Assembly: GCA_053919585.1 (NCBI GenBank)
Contig: CM132814.1
Strand: one strand, 5' to 3'
DNA length: 64,000 nucleotides
Source of the DNA: Euprymna scolopes
Lineage: Eukaryota
The notes under the pieces were generated by a model. The model was not told the DNA's origin, searched no databases, and was given only the letters and a program-made list of their open reading frames with translations. Position 1 is the stretch's first letter. Each line of letters begins with the position of its first letter. The translations under genes and the position numbers were made by a program. Shown here in pieces: positions 55,201-61,733 of this stretch.

Positions 55201-58200
55201 TGGCAGAGTGAAAATATCAGAATTATGCCATATGAAACTCCAGTTTCTGAAAGGGTCACTCCATGGCATACATTTTTTTTTTTTTTTTTACATAGGAGTC
55301 ATTGCTTATCAAGGCCCAGAGGCCACTCGAAGATAAGGATTAACAAGTGTAAAGTGGTCACTTGAAATGACAGCTTAATGATCGTTGGTGGTGGAAGTTG
55401 GGTAGAATATGATTATTTAAGGCGGCTAGACATCAAAAACTTGTTTACATTGGACTTGATGATGACCATATCGTAGTCAGCTGGAAAGTATGTCAGCGGA
55501 ATAGAATTCCACAGGTGGGCAGTTCTAGGAAAGAAGCTTTGTTCATGGAATTTGCATTTAGATTTAGGTACAGATAGAGAGTAGGGGAAATTGTTGATAG
55601 TGGTTGTAGATAGATGAGTGGTTTTTTTTTTTTTTTTTGGTGGTGAAAGTTTGGTATGGGAGGGGGAAAATCACAGATTGAAACTCATGAGCACTTGCCA
55701 TGAAGATAACGACAGAGCAAAGACAAGCTCACAACGTCTCTTCTGTGGGAAAGAGGCTGCAAGGAGGAGAAAAGGGCATTAACCACCAGCCTTTGAAGCT
55801 GGTTCAGAACTCTGTCAAGGCAGAATAAGATTCCCTGAGCAATGTTCTGATGGAAATCCAGGAGGAGTCAGTATCAGAATTTATCGTCGTTGTCTGATTG
55901 CCTCTGCATGTGATAAACAGAACCACAAATCAAACAAGTGAAAGTTGCTTCTACGCCATACAAATTTTTCATACCTGGCTAATAGATTCTCCTCAAGGCA
56001 AATCTACTTCAACTCTTTCTTTAAAGCAGAAAATGCCAGTAACAATCTTTTATAACATGAAAAACCTCTTAAAAATAAAAAAAAATGTTACGCTACATAT
56101 CACGGGGCTAATAAACAAATATCCACTTTAAGAAAGCTATGTCGATGATACAAGTTGCTTCATTTTTTCATCCTTTCATCCAATATTTAAGTCAAATGTC
56201 TATGTTCTTATGCTCGCGTGAAAAATCAGTCAGAATCAGAATCCGTTGTCCTGTGGTCGTTTCTGCAAACAAATCAGTATCTCCTTCTCCCCCATGAAAC
56301 TTTTTACAATTCCTTTTTGGATGCAACAAGTCTGTCTAATCCTTTCTGATCAATTTACTTCTGAGTGTTGTGATTCTTGCTTTTAAATTTTTCTCCAGTT
56401 AATGCTGGAACACAGACCTTACTAGCATGCAGGGACTTGCAAGGGGGTGGTGGTGGTGCTAGGGGTGCCCAAGTACCTGCTTCTTTTAATCCGGTTTTAA
56501 AAGTGTCCTTTTCAGAGGAACTTATTATAAGCCCCACCATTACTATATTTTTTTACGTTTTTTGCGCTTGAGCACCTGCCCTGAAAATCTTCTCTGCAGG
56601 TCACTGTTAGCATGTATATATTTTGCTTGCCTTTGTATCTGAAGTTTTTTTTTTATTTTCATTTTCTGTGGTTGAGAGATAACATTAAAAGTTTTGTGTT
56701 AGATCTTAAATGGTTGGACTTAATGAATTTCACTTCTTCAGTGTTGGAAAAGTAGAAACGATCGTTTTCAACAGTTTATCACGATAAAACAACTCGGAGA
56801 ATGAGAGAAGGATTCTAGACTTACCGGATTTCCCATCATGGTATAACTTTTTCCAGAACCAGTCTGGCCATAAGCAAATACGCAAGCGTTGTATCCGTCG
56901 TATGCTGAACTGACAACATCATGTCCGAGAGATTTGAACACCTGGAAAAATAAAAAACAAAACAATTTTTTTTTTTTTAAATTACATTTTCACCCCAAAC
57001 AAGGCACATTGCCACTTTGGTGTAGGGGGCTACTATCAGGGGCAACAACTACTGGGGTACTATGTAGGGATTTGGGCAGCAAGATATCGATTCATGTTGC
57101 ACTTGAACTTCTGCACGGTAGTACTGTTGGGGAAGCAGGGACCTGGAATGGAATTCCAAAGTCTAGCGGTTCTGGGGGAAGAAACTACTGGAGTAGAAAG
57201 ATCTTTTACATCTAGGGATCTTTACAGTGTGGGGGTGGGATTTAGCAGCCTGTCGGGTTTGTCGGGGGTGTTCACGTCGTGGGGGCACAAGTGTTTGCAG
57301 TTCGTCAGAGCATTCACCATTAAAATACTTATAGAACAGGCAGAGGGATGCAACGTTTCGTCGATAGGACAGAGGCTGAAGCTTAGATGCCAGTTCAGGG
57401 CCTATCAGATTTGCGACTCTCTTTTGAACCTTGTCAAGCGAGAGACTAGTAGCAGATGCACCAGCCCAAATGTGACAGCAATACTCCATACATGGGCGAA
57501 TGGTGGCCTTATAGAGGTACAGGATACTTTTAGGTGTTAGTAGTTTTCTAGCACGGTAGAGAGAGCCCACCTTCCTTGCAGCGGCACTGGCAATGCCTTC
57601 AATGTAATTGTTCCAACTCATATTTCCTGTGAACGTTAAGCCAAGGAGTTTGAAAGATGTACTCTCAGATATAGAGTCGTTGGCCATTGCTATAGGTGGT
57701 AGAGAAGGTTTCTTGTAATTATTGAATGAAACTAGTTTAGTCTTAGCAGCATTGAACGTGACCATCTATTTTTGTCCCCATTCCACTACAGATTGGAGGT
57801 GATCCTCTAGTGTTTCTGCCATTTCTTTAGTTATGTGTTCATTTGTTTTCCTCTCATGCCTGTTATAGAGTGTAGTGTCATCAGCATATATACCCATCTC
57901 AGAGGCAATTTTGTCGGGGAGGTCATTTATGAATATCAGGAACAGTAGAGGTCCAAGGATAGACCCCTGGGGCACTCCCACATTTATATTAGATTGTTTA
58001 GATGTACGACCATCGAGGACAACCTGGATTTTTCTCTTATCTAAGAAGGATTTAATTATGTTAAGTATTCTACCAGTGATACCGTATGATCTAATTTTCC
58101 TGAGGAGAGCCTTATGCCATACCCTGTCAAAAGCCTTAGATATGTAACCTGACGTGTGTGTGGCTCCTCGACAATCGCCGACTCCCAACGTCGTGTACCA

Positions 58201-60427
58201 TAGATTTTTTGTTCGACTGTTGTTCTTATGGCCGGATCATCCTTTTCCCGTTGGCGACTGTCGATGAGAACACATGCGGTTCACAAAATAGAAATATGAA
58301 CAAAGGAAAAACACAAACACCAATGTTCACATATAAATTTACTGTTGGACTTGTCTTCCGCTGTTCTATCGATGTTACATTCGTCTATCTCTGTTTCACA
58401 ATCAACTCCATAATTGTCCACGTCTCTAGTTCACAGTCAACTCTATAACTGTTCAACTATCACTGTCCAACTTCCAACCGCTGTCTAGCGAATCTAGATC
58501 TCAACTGTCACTGTCCAATTTCCATCCGCTGCGACGGGCATCTAACTGTCAACTGACTGTTCAACTTCCATCCGCTCTCGAGCGCATCTCGATCTCAACT
58601 GCCTGTCCCCTCTACATTGGTATCACTGGTCGCCCACCCCATCCTGGTTACCAGAAGCTGCCCTTCCCTGTTTTATCAGTAGGTTTCTATTATTGTGGTT
58701 GATTGTAGGATATTTCCTCTTTCTTTGTTTTTCTAAGCCATTTCCTATCCCCTTGTCTATTGTAGGATATTTCTTATTTCTTTGTCTACCCCCCCCTCTA
58801 AGCACTTAGTGGCTCAAATCCACCCCAGGGCCACTTTATAGTATCACAGATATATCTAGAGCTACCGCTCTTCCCTCCCTGCTTTGTAAATTAAAATTCA
58901 TTAAAGTAGTTTTAATTTTAAATAAGAAAATCAAATTTTATGAGTAATGGAAGGGCAGCAATTTTATCCTCCATTTTGAAAATCTAAAATAAAATAAAGG
59001 GAGATAACTCAATTTACATAATTTTTTGGGTACTTGTACAGTTTAATCAAGACATTAAAAAATGAAAATATCGAAAAAAAGGTTATATTGTACGTATCCG
59101 TTTTGAACTGAAGATCTCCGAAAAAAAAATTTCACTTAATTTGATCGAGTAGTTTTTTTTTTTTTTTTTTTTTTTTACAGCGGAAAAACACGTTTTTATG
59201 AGAGCGCGTTGAAGGCAGACATCTTGGATTTAAAAATTTTTTTGTTTGAATTTTAGAACATGCAACGGGAAGATAACTCCAGTTAAAGCGCCGACACTCC
59301 CTCCCCATCTTTAATACTAGCTTTTCTTCCTAAGAATCGAACCTTTTGCTCGGTATCTTGACAAATTGTTTTTTCGCTGTCAAAAAAAAAAACAAAAAAA
59401 AAAAAAAAACTACTTGATGAAATTAAGTGAATTTTTTTTTCGGAGAACTTCATTCCATAACGGATACGTACAATTTAAACTTTTTTCCGATATTTTCATT
59501 TTTTAATGTCTTGATTAAACTGTACAAGTACCATTTTTTGAAATATGATATTTCCGTTTCGTCATGGGTAAGTACAATAGATTTTTTTTTTTACTGTTTT
59601 TAATATAGAGAGAATTCTGGACAAGAACCAAAAATTGTAGACTTAAATTTTTTCCTGTGTTCATGAGGATGGACTTTTATTTATGACCAATTAAAAATAA
59701 AATACTGACCAGAATTAAATATTAAAAATCAAAAAACGGATTGAAAATAAAAAACGTTTGTCATCCTTCTTACAATGTTAGACATAAGATCTTCTCAACA
59801 TGGAGGTTGATTGGTTCAAATATCTTTGTTCTATCATCAACACAAAAAGCCAAGAAGACATTCTCAACCACATCAACAATGTTCGTATTGCCTTCTGTCA
59901 ACTTTGATCATGGCTCTGGTCTTGACAAGAAATAATGCTGAACACTAAAGTTAGAATCTAACAAGCCTTTATCTGCATCATTCTCCTTTATGGCTGCAAG
60001 ATTTGGCCTATGTGGGCGAGTAAACTAATGCAAAATAGAGGTATTCAACCATTGCTGCCTTCGTCGCATCCTCCGTGTCTACTGGCAACAGTTTGTCCTC
60101 TACAGTACAATTTTCACTTGCTGCAAGATGGCTTGCACTCATAATAGGAGCAGCCTTGGATTATATCTGTTCAACCAGTGTTTGGGATATGGTGAACTTG
60201 CTGGAAAGATCCAGCCTGAATACTGCAATCATGACATTACGATAAAACAACTCGGAGAATTGACCATGTGCAGTAAATGAAAATACATATCAATAATTAC
60301 TTACATGTTCTTGGCAGGCATAATGTGGGTCCGATTTCAAAGCAGACCAGAAGGAGAAATCAAAAGTGAATTCTTTAACACGCATAGACTCACGGCCACA
60401 ATCTCCATCAAAGGAATTTTCAGGTAC
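1287..60427 (-). CDS. KIF16B: Kinesin-3 motor protein KIF16B/Klp98A orthologue, partial spliced gene (21 exons in window, 616 aa: motor domain, neck coil, FHA, start of stalk)
   Basis: Exons join in frame with GT-AG sites. Kinesin motifs GQTGSGKS (P-loop), SSRSH (switch I) and DLAGSE (switch II) are present. KIF16B-typical segments [65 protein letters not shown] and SMTDL are present. The 5' exons and the 3' PX part are outside the window. Confidence 0.93.
2398..2905. repeat. Large foldback: arms of about 250 bp, 10-nt loop GGAATATTGA
   Basis: Arms are reverse complements around 2653-2662. Confidence 0.9.
3487..3885. repeat. Foldback/MITE, arms about 165 bp
   Basis: GAATTCAAAAAT...TTTTGTTAAA pairs with TTTAGCAAAA...ATTTTTGAATTC. 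Confidence 0.85.
3957..4620. repeat. Minisatellite, about 35-bp unit ACAAACGAAAACCTTGATATTTGATA(T)n, about 19 copies
   Basis: Read directly. Confidence 0.95.
5432..5623. repeat. MITE-like inverted repeat, arms about 50 bp
   Basis: AAATTTACATAGTCGCTACACTGGAC pairs with GTCCAGTGTAGCAACTATGTAAATTT. Confidence 0.85.
5735..6108. mobile_element. Non-autonomous hAT-like element with TTCCGA subterminal repeats
   Basis: Ends CGATTAATCGTTCCAACACTA; homologous to 240-556, with partial copies at 53570-53690 and 60470-60620. Confidence 0.55.
7047..8144 (+). mobile_element. Mariner element with internal deletion, carrying a 203-bp foreign insertion
   Basis: TIRs CTTCAATAAGTTTCCAG.CTTTTTT and AAAAAAGTCTGGAAACTTATTGAAG; [20 protein letters not shown] motif. 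Confidence 0.88.
8150..9220 (+). mobile_element. RTE-clade LINE 3' relics interleaved with a SINE-like relic
   Basis: [22 protein letters not shown]...SETW and [12 protein letters not shown] motifs. Confidence 0.7.
10574..13580 (-). mobile_element. CR1-clade (Zenon-like) LINE, near-complete ORF2 (APE endonuclease + RT), 3' UTR and poly(A)
   Basis: ORFs 13576-11609 and 11640-10678 are joined by one 2-bp deletion near 11610 (compare the copy near 57990). Motifs [74 protein letters not shown]. Confidence 0.93.
13635..13756. repeat. Near-perfect hairpin: 56-bp arms, 10-nt loop CCGGTATTGA
   Basis: 3 mismatches in 56 bp, two of them G:T wobbles on the + strand. Confidence 0.92.
14475..14486 (-). 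CDS. Candidate 12-nt microexon of KIF16B (adds SSHV)
   Basis: tttttccag|ATCGTCACATGT|gtaagt; frame-preserving between exons T and U, no stop; no transcript evidence. Confidence 0.35.
14720..14957 (-). mobile_element. 5S-rRNA-derived SINE (SINE3-type), copy 1
   Basis: Minus strand GATCACAGAAGTTAAGCAGTGTTGAGCCTGGTCAGTACTAAAATGGGTGACCG...ATGCTGTA (5S A box, IE, C box) followed by a shared body of about 130 nt. Confidence 0.82.
15198..15452 (-). mobile_element. 5S-rRNA-derived SINE, copy 2
   Basis: Same 5S head and body; further copies at 49665-49845, 51785-51928 and head only at 30928-31008. Confidence 0.82.
17365..17960 (+). mobile_element. CR1 family-2 3' fragment (decayed)
   Basis: YLYKSQV...EYCSHIWAG relic and family-2 3' UTR. 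Further copies at 45465-45897(+), 48258-48765(-), 55272-55845(-); tails only near 34140-34190 and 51660-51720. Confidence 0.8.
18616..18669 (-). CDS. KIF16B: KIF16B exon T ([18 protein letters not shown])
   Basis: tag/gtgag, 54 nt, phase 2/2. Confidence 0.88.
18768..19110. mobile_element. MITE of the GGTTCTTGTCCAG family
   Basis: TIRs about 110 bp; flanks AAGAAAAA and AAGCAAAA (7/8 TSD match). Confidence 0.8.
19179..20353 (+). mobile_element. Near full-length decayed mariner (Hsmar1/cecropia-like) transposon
   Basis: TIRs TTAGGTTGACAAGAAAGTTCTTGTGG and CCACAAGAACTTTGTCAACC; motifs [31 protein letters not shown] with stops and frameshifts. Confidence 0.9.
20500..21930 (+). mobile_element. 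Internal CR1 family-1 fragment, split by a family-2 CR1 insertion
   Basis: [16 protein letters not shown]...KLYNKCL (to about 21000) resumes as [29 protein letters not shown] (from about 21740). Confidence 0.85.
21000..21740 (-). mobile_element. CR1 family-2 3' fragment with poly(A), nested in a family-1 fragment
   Basis: [22 protein letters not shown]; distinct 3' UTR CCCTTATC...GGCCTTGATAAGTGGTGACC plus A tail. Confidence 0.85.
22108..22190 (-). CDS. KIF16B: KIF16B exon S ([28 protein letters not shown])
   Basis: cag/gtaaa, 83 nt, phase 0/2; SMTDL motif. Confidence 0.9.
22374..22459 (-). CDS. KIF16B: KIF16B exon R ([29 protein letters not shown])
   Basis: tag/gtaag, 86 nt, phase 1/0; kinesin-3 FRFNHP motif. 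Confidence 0.94.
24390..24527 (-). CDS. KIF16B: KIF16B exon Q, FHA ([16 protein letters not shown]...[14 protein letters not shown])
   Basis: cag/gtgag, 138 nt, phase 1/1. Confidence 0.93.
26099..26604 (+). mobile_element. Non-autonomous Helitron-like element
   Basis: 3' GC-rich hairpin plus CTAG|T; related 3' ends on the minus strand at 31307-31420 and 51466-51510. Confidence 0.6.
26715..26766 (-). CDS. KIF16B: KIF16B exon P, FHA start ([17 protein letters not shown])
   Basis: tag/gtaaa, 52 nt, phase 0/1; FHA GR motif. Confidence 0.9.
27279..27401 (-). CDS. KIF16B: KIF16B exon O ([41 protein letters not shown])
   Basis: cag/gttag, 123 nt; highly KIF16B-like. Confidence 0.95.
28679..28944 (-). 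mobile_element. 5'-truncated copy of the same SINE-like element, 9-bp TSD
   Basis: TSD TCCCCTAGG at 28670-28678 and 28945-28953. Older related tails at 8598-8790, 16910-17190, 36420-36455, 49110-49150, 6865-6920. Confidence 0.86.
29327..29386 (-). CDS. KIF16B: KIF16B exon N ([20 protein letters not shown])
   Basis: cag/gtaag, 60 nt; LT.EWT.KW motif. Confidence 0.92.
29912..30320. mobile_element. MITE family with GGTTCTTGTCCAGAATTC TIR, 8-bp TSD ATTCTTTC
   Basis: Exact TSD at 29904-29911 and 30321-30328; other copies at 25707-26100, 30657-30861, 41400-41564, 58885-59629. Confidence 0.85.
31054..31107 (-). CDS. KIF16B: KIF16B exon M ([18 protein letters not shown])
   Basis: cag/gtaac, 54 nt; matches the EKL..NEAR segment. 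Confidence 0.9.
31675..31955. repeat. Minisatellite, about 47-bp unit, 6 copies
   Basis: TTTTACTAATTCTAACATAACACGTAATTAAGTAATAGTGTTTTTCT. Confidence 0.95.
32108..32182 (-). CDS. KIF16B: KIF16B exon L, neck coil ([25 protein letters not shown])
   Basis: cag/gtaag, 75 nt. Confidence 0.94.
32305..32460. repeat. MITE-like inverted repeat, arms about 40 bp
   Basis: TTTTGTTTACAGAAAGTTTTTAAATGAGACAAGTCA pairs with TGACTTGTCTCATCTAAAAACTTTCTGTAAACAAAA. Confidence 0.85.
32549..33465 (+). mobile_element. 3'-truncated decayed mariner transposon
   Basis: [29 protein letters not shown]...LQDN motifs; truncated by a CR1 fragment. Confidence 0.82.
33643..33740 (-). CDS. KIF16B: KIF16B exon K ([33 protein letters not shown])
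   Basis: tag/gtaag, 98 nt, phase 1/0; end of motor and neck linker. Confidence 0.95.
34443..35281 (-). mobile_element. Non-autonomous Helitron carrying a 20-bp tandem array
   Basis: Minus strand A|TCTATAAAAG...hairpin CCAGGTAGTACCGGG...CTAG|T: TC start, CTAG end, AT target, no TSD. Confidence 0.7.
34480..34835. repeat. Minisatellite, 20-bp unit AACGTTAAATTCCTTTAAAT, about 18 copies
   Basis: Read directly; lies inside the Helitron. Confidence 0.95.
36239..36352 (-). CDS. KIF16B: KIF16B exon J (AEIPEKRGK...[25 protein letters not shown])
   Basis: tag/gtgag, 114 nt, phase 1/1. Confidence 0.95.
36730..37335 (+). mobile_element. CR1 family-1 3' fragment (decayed)
   Basis: [16 protein letters not shown]... 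and tail TATGCCTCGTTTGGGGGTGAAAA. Similar relics at 1525-1760, 23490-24365, 29040-29250, 33465-33580, 62830-62925 and 63355-63475(-). Confidence 0.8.
37404..37504 (-). CDS. KIF16B: KIF16B exon I ([33 protein letters not shown])
   Basis: tag/gtaag, 101 nt, phase 2/1. Confidence 0.95.
38377..39025. other. Assembly gap (N run)
   Basis: 649 N. Confidence 1.
39026..39392. repeat. Pure purine tract, 15-bp unit AAAAGGAGAAAGGAA
   Basis: Read directly; abuts the gap and the exon H donor. Confidence 0.95.
39400..39467 (-). CDS. KIF16B: KIF16B exon H, switch II ([23 protein letters not shown])
   Basis: cag/gttgg, 68 nt, phase 0/2. Confidence 0.94.
42191..42640. mobile_element. Merlin-type MITE (GGTACTTGTACAG TIR, 8-bp TSD TAATTTTT)
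   Basis: Long TIRs; exact 8-bp duplication at 42183-42190 and 42641-42648. Confidence 0.85.
43002..43074 (-). CDS. KIF16B: KIF16B exon G, switch I ([24 protein letters not shown])
   Basis: tag/gttag, 73 nt, phase 2/0. Confidence 0.95.
43165..44410 (+). mobile_element. Two tandem CR1 family-1 3' fragments sharing the same downstream flank
   Basis: 43165-43850 and 43960-44410 both end in the CR1 tail, then A tract, then ATCTGTT..AACTTCACC..GCAGACAG. Confidence 0.75.
46350..47254 (-). mobile_element. Mariner element with internal deletion (same family as 7047-8144), TA TSD, inserted in an RTE relic
   Basis: TA|CGAGGTGCCTTCAA...TTGAAGGCACCTTG|TA; [15 protein letters not shown] motif. Confidence 0.9.
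48163..48235 (+). ncRNA. Minimal Penelope-type hammerhead relic, family 1
   Basis: CAC-CTGAAGA-AGGTCGGAGGCTACATTGGCC-(G>A)AAA-CGTT; copies at 2058-2104(-), 3011-3095, 9585-9650, 16175-16230, 16295-16375, 40595-40650. Confidence 0.55.
49002..49071 (-). CDS. KIF16B: KIF16B exon F ([24 protein letters not shown])
   Basis: cag/gtaag, 70 nt, phase 1/2. Confidence 0.92.
50223..50341 (-). CDS. KIF16B: KIF16B exon E ([13 protein letters not shown]...[14 protein letters not shown])
   Basis: aag acceptor (less common), gtgag donor, 119 nt, phase 2/1. Confidence 0.93.
50590..51060 (+). mobile_element. Old CR1/L2-like RT fragment
   Basis: Relics of [36 protein letters not shown]. Confidence 0.65.
51099..51375 (-). 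mobile_element. 5'-truncated copy of the same SINE-like element, 13-bp TSD
   Basis: TSD ACAGTGATGAGGG at 51086-51098 and 51376-51388. Confidence 0.88.
52010..52058 (-). ncRNA. Hammerhead-ribozyme-like motif, family 2
   Basis: CCT-CTGATGA-GAAGGAAAGTATTTCTTC-GAAA-CTCTGCGGAT-TA-AGG; homologous copy at 36081-36127(+). Confidence 0.55.
52428..52472 (+). ncRNA. Type I hammerhead-ribozyme-like motif (degenerate at the cleavage site)
   Basis: CCTACA-CTGATGA-TTGTACAAGCAC-GAAA-CACCAGCGTG-TGTAGG: stems I, II and III are all visible. Confidence 0.6.
52585..52928 (+). mobile_element. Full-length 344-bp non-autonomous retroelement (SINE-like, RTE-5'UTR-like head), 11-bp TSD
   Basis: TSD CTTAGCTATGA at 52574-52584 and 52929-52939; (AACC)n tail after hairpin AACCCGAAAAGGGTT. 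Confidence 0.88.
53109..53161 (-). CDS. KIF16B: KIF16B exon D ([18 protein letters not shown])
   Basis: tag/gtaag, 53 nt, phase 0/2. Confidence 0.9.
53870..54141. repeat. Minisatellite, 28-bp unit CCTAGTAAATTATAAAGCAACTCAACTT, about 10 copies
   Basis: Read directly. Confidence 0.95.
54368..54400 (-). CDS. KIF16B: KIF16B exon C, 33 nt ([11 protein letters not shown])
   Basis: tag/gtaag; GLIPR kinesin motif. Confidence 0.92.
54678..54996. repeat. Minisatellite, about 32-bp unit (T)nGCATTAAAAAGTAATTCCTATTAA, 10 copies
   Basis: Read directly. Confidence 0.95.
56825..56941 (-). CDS. KIF16B: KIF16B exon B, P-loop (VFKSLG...[15 protein letters not shown])
   Basis: cag/gtaag, 117 nt, Walker A motif. 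Confidence 0.95.
56966..58885 (-). mobile_element. 5'-truncated copy of the same CR1 family (RT C-terminal half), interrupted by a solo LTR
   Basis: Colinear with 10574-11790; in-frame stop at 57766-57768; the [13 protein letters not shown] segment is split by the insertion at 58143-58848. Confidence 0.92.
58143..58848. mobile_element. Solo LTR (TG...CA, 4-bp TSD GATA), probably Gypsy-type
   Basis: GATA at 58139-58142 and 58849-58852; removing the insert restores the CR1 reading frame; internal short tandem repeats at 58450-58600. Confidence 0.8.
59029..59532. mobile_element. Merlin-type MITE, second copy in opposite orientation, 8-bp TSD ATTTTTTG, nested in a related MITE
   Basis: TSD at 59021-59028 and 59533-59540; host MITE relic 58885-59629 ends GAATTCTGGACAAGAACC. 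Confidence 0.87.
59800..60230 (+). mobile_element. RTE-clade LINE 3' relic
   Basis: LNTKVRI...ILLYGCKIW...[15 protein letters not shown]. Confidence 0.7.
60305..60427 (-). CDS. KIF16B: KIF16B exon A (VPENSFDG...HYACQEH)
   Basis: cag acceptor, gtaag donor, 123 nt, phase 0/0; contains FTFDFSFWS motor motif. Confidence 0.92.
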
Positions 60428-60754
60428 CTGGAGAAAAAAAAAAAAAAAATAAAAAAAATAATCTCTTATAAGTAAATTAAGAATTCCAGTAAAATAAATT
60501 ACATTTTTAAAACAGTATTCAGTAATTTTTGGTAATAAAATGATTCCAATATTTTTCAATTCTGATTAAATTACAGATTCTCTTTTAAATTTCTGATTCC
60601 AATTCTTTTTAAATCATTAAAGTTTTTTTGTAGAAGGGAGAGAGGTCGAATTTCTGTAAATACCCATGTAATATGTGCATATTTTTTGGAAACATAAAAA
60701 ATTCATTTTTAGGGGGGGGGGGAATAAGCTATAGATTTTTGTTTTACTGATAAT

Positions 60755-61335
60755 TTAAAATCAATAAATATTTATTAGTATAAGCAATAAAAAAATAAGT
60801 TATAAAACCAATAAATATTCATTAGTATAAGCAATAAAAAATAAGTTATAAAATCAATAAATATTTATCATTAGTATAAGCAATAAAAAATAAGTTATAA
60901 AATCAATAAATATTTATCATTAGTATAAGCAATAAAAAATATAAAATCAATATTCATTAGTATAAGCAATAAAAAATATAAAATCAATAAATATTTATCA
61001 TTAGTATAAGCAATAAAAAATATAAAATCAATAAATATTTATCATTAGTATAAGCAATAAAAAAATAAGTTTTAAAATCAATAAATATTCATTAGTATAA
61101 GCAATAAAAAAATAAGTTTTAAACAAAGACAAAAATAAAATGAAGTAAAGATTCGTTTTTAACAAACTCTGCTTTTATGCAGCCTATGATTATATGGGAA
61201 TATAATATATGGCTTAAAAAATATGATTATATGGGAATATAATATATGGCTTAAAAAATATGATTATATGGGAATATAATATATGGCTTAAAAAATATGA
61301 TTATATGGGAATATAATATATGGCTTAAAAAATAT
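60755..61335. repeat. Two AT-rich minisatellites (about 45-bp unit at 60755-61120; about 38-bp unit at 61186-61335)
   Basis: ATTAGTATAAGCAATAAAAAA... and TATGATTATATGGGAATATAATATATGGCTTAAAAAA. Confidence 0.9.
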
Positions 61336-61669
61336 GTGTGTGCATGTGTATATAATATATATGCATATATATGCGTATATGCATGCGTGAATACACGACT
61401 GTGCATATGGGCGTGTAAAGAAGTTGCAAGAAAATACAATTGCAACTTCTCTTTCGATTTTCAGATTTTGTAACCATGTTCATATTCCTTTATTTTCTTT
61501 TCAAGTTAATGAGTTCCTTTCTGATGAGTTAAGAGCGAAATAAAAATTGCCATGATTACATGAATGATTTTGAGCTACGAAACAAGTGCTGTCAAGAATT
61601 CAACTTTTTAACATGCTTTAGGAAATAAACGGTAAGATGGACATCTTGAAATTTGGAATATAGACCTTT

Positions 61670-61733
<64 letters not shown>

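Noticed and set aside
61521-61545. CTGATGA-GTTAAGAGC-GAAA hammerhead core
   Set aside because: Core and a short stem II are present, but I could not build stems I and III. Possible relic, not supported. The same applies to CTGATGA hits near 29280, 31236, 7483 and 8408.
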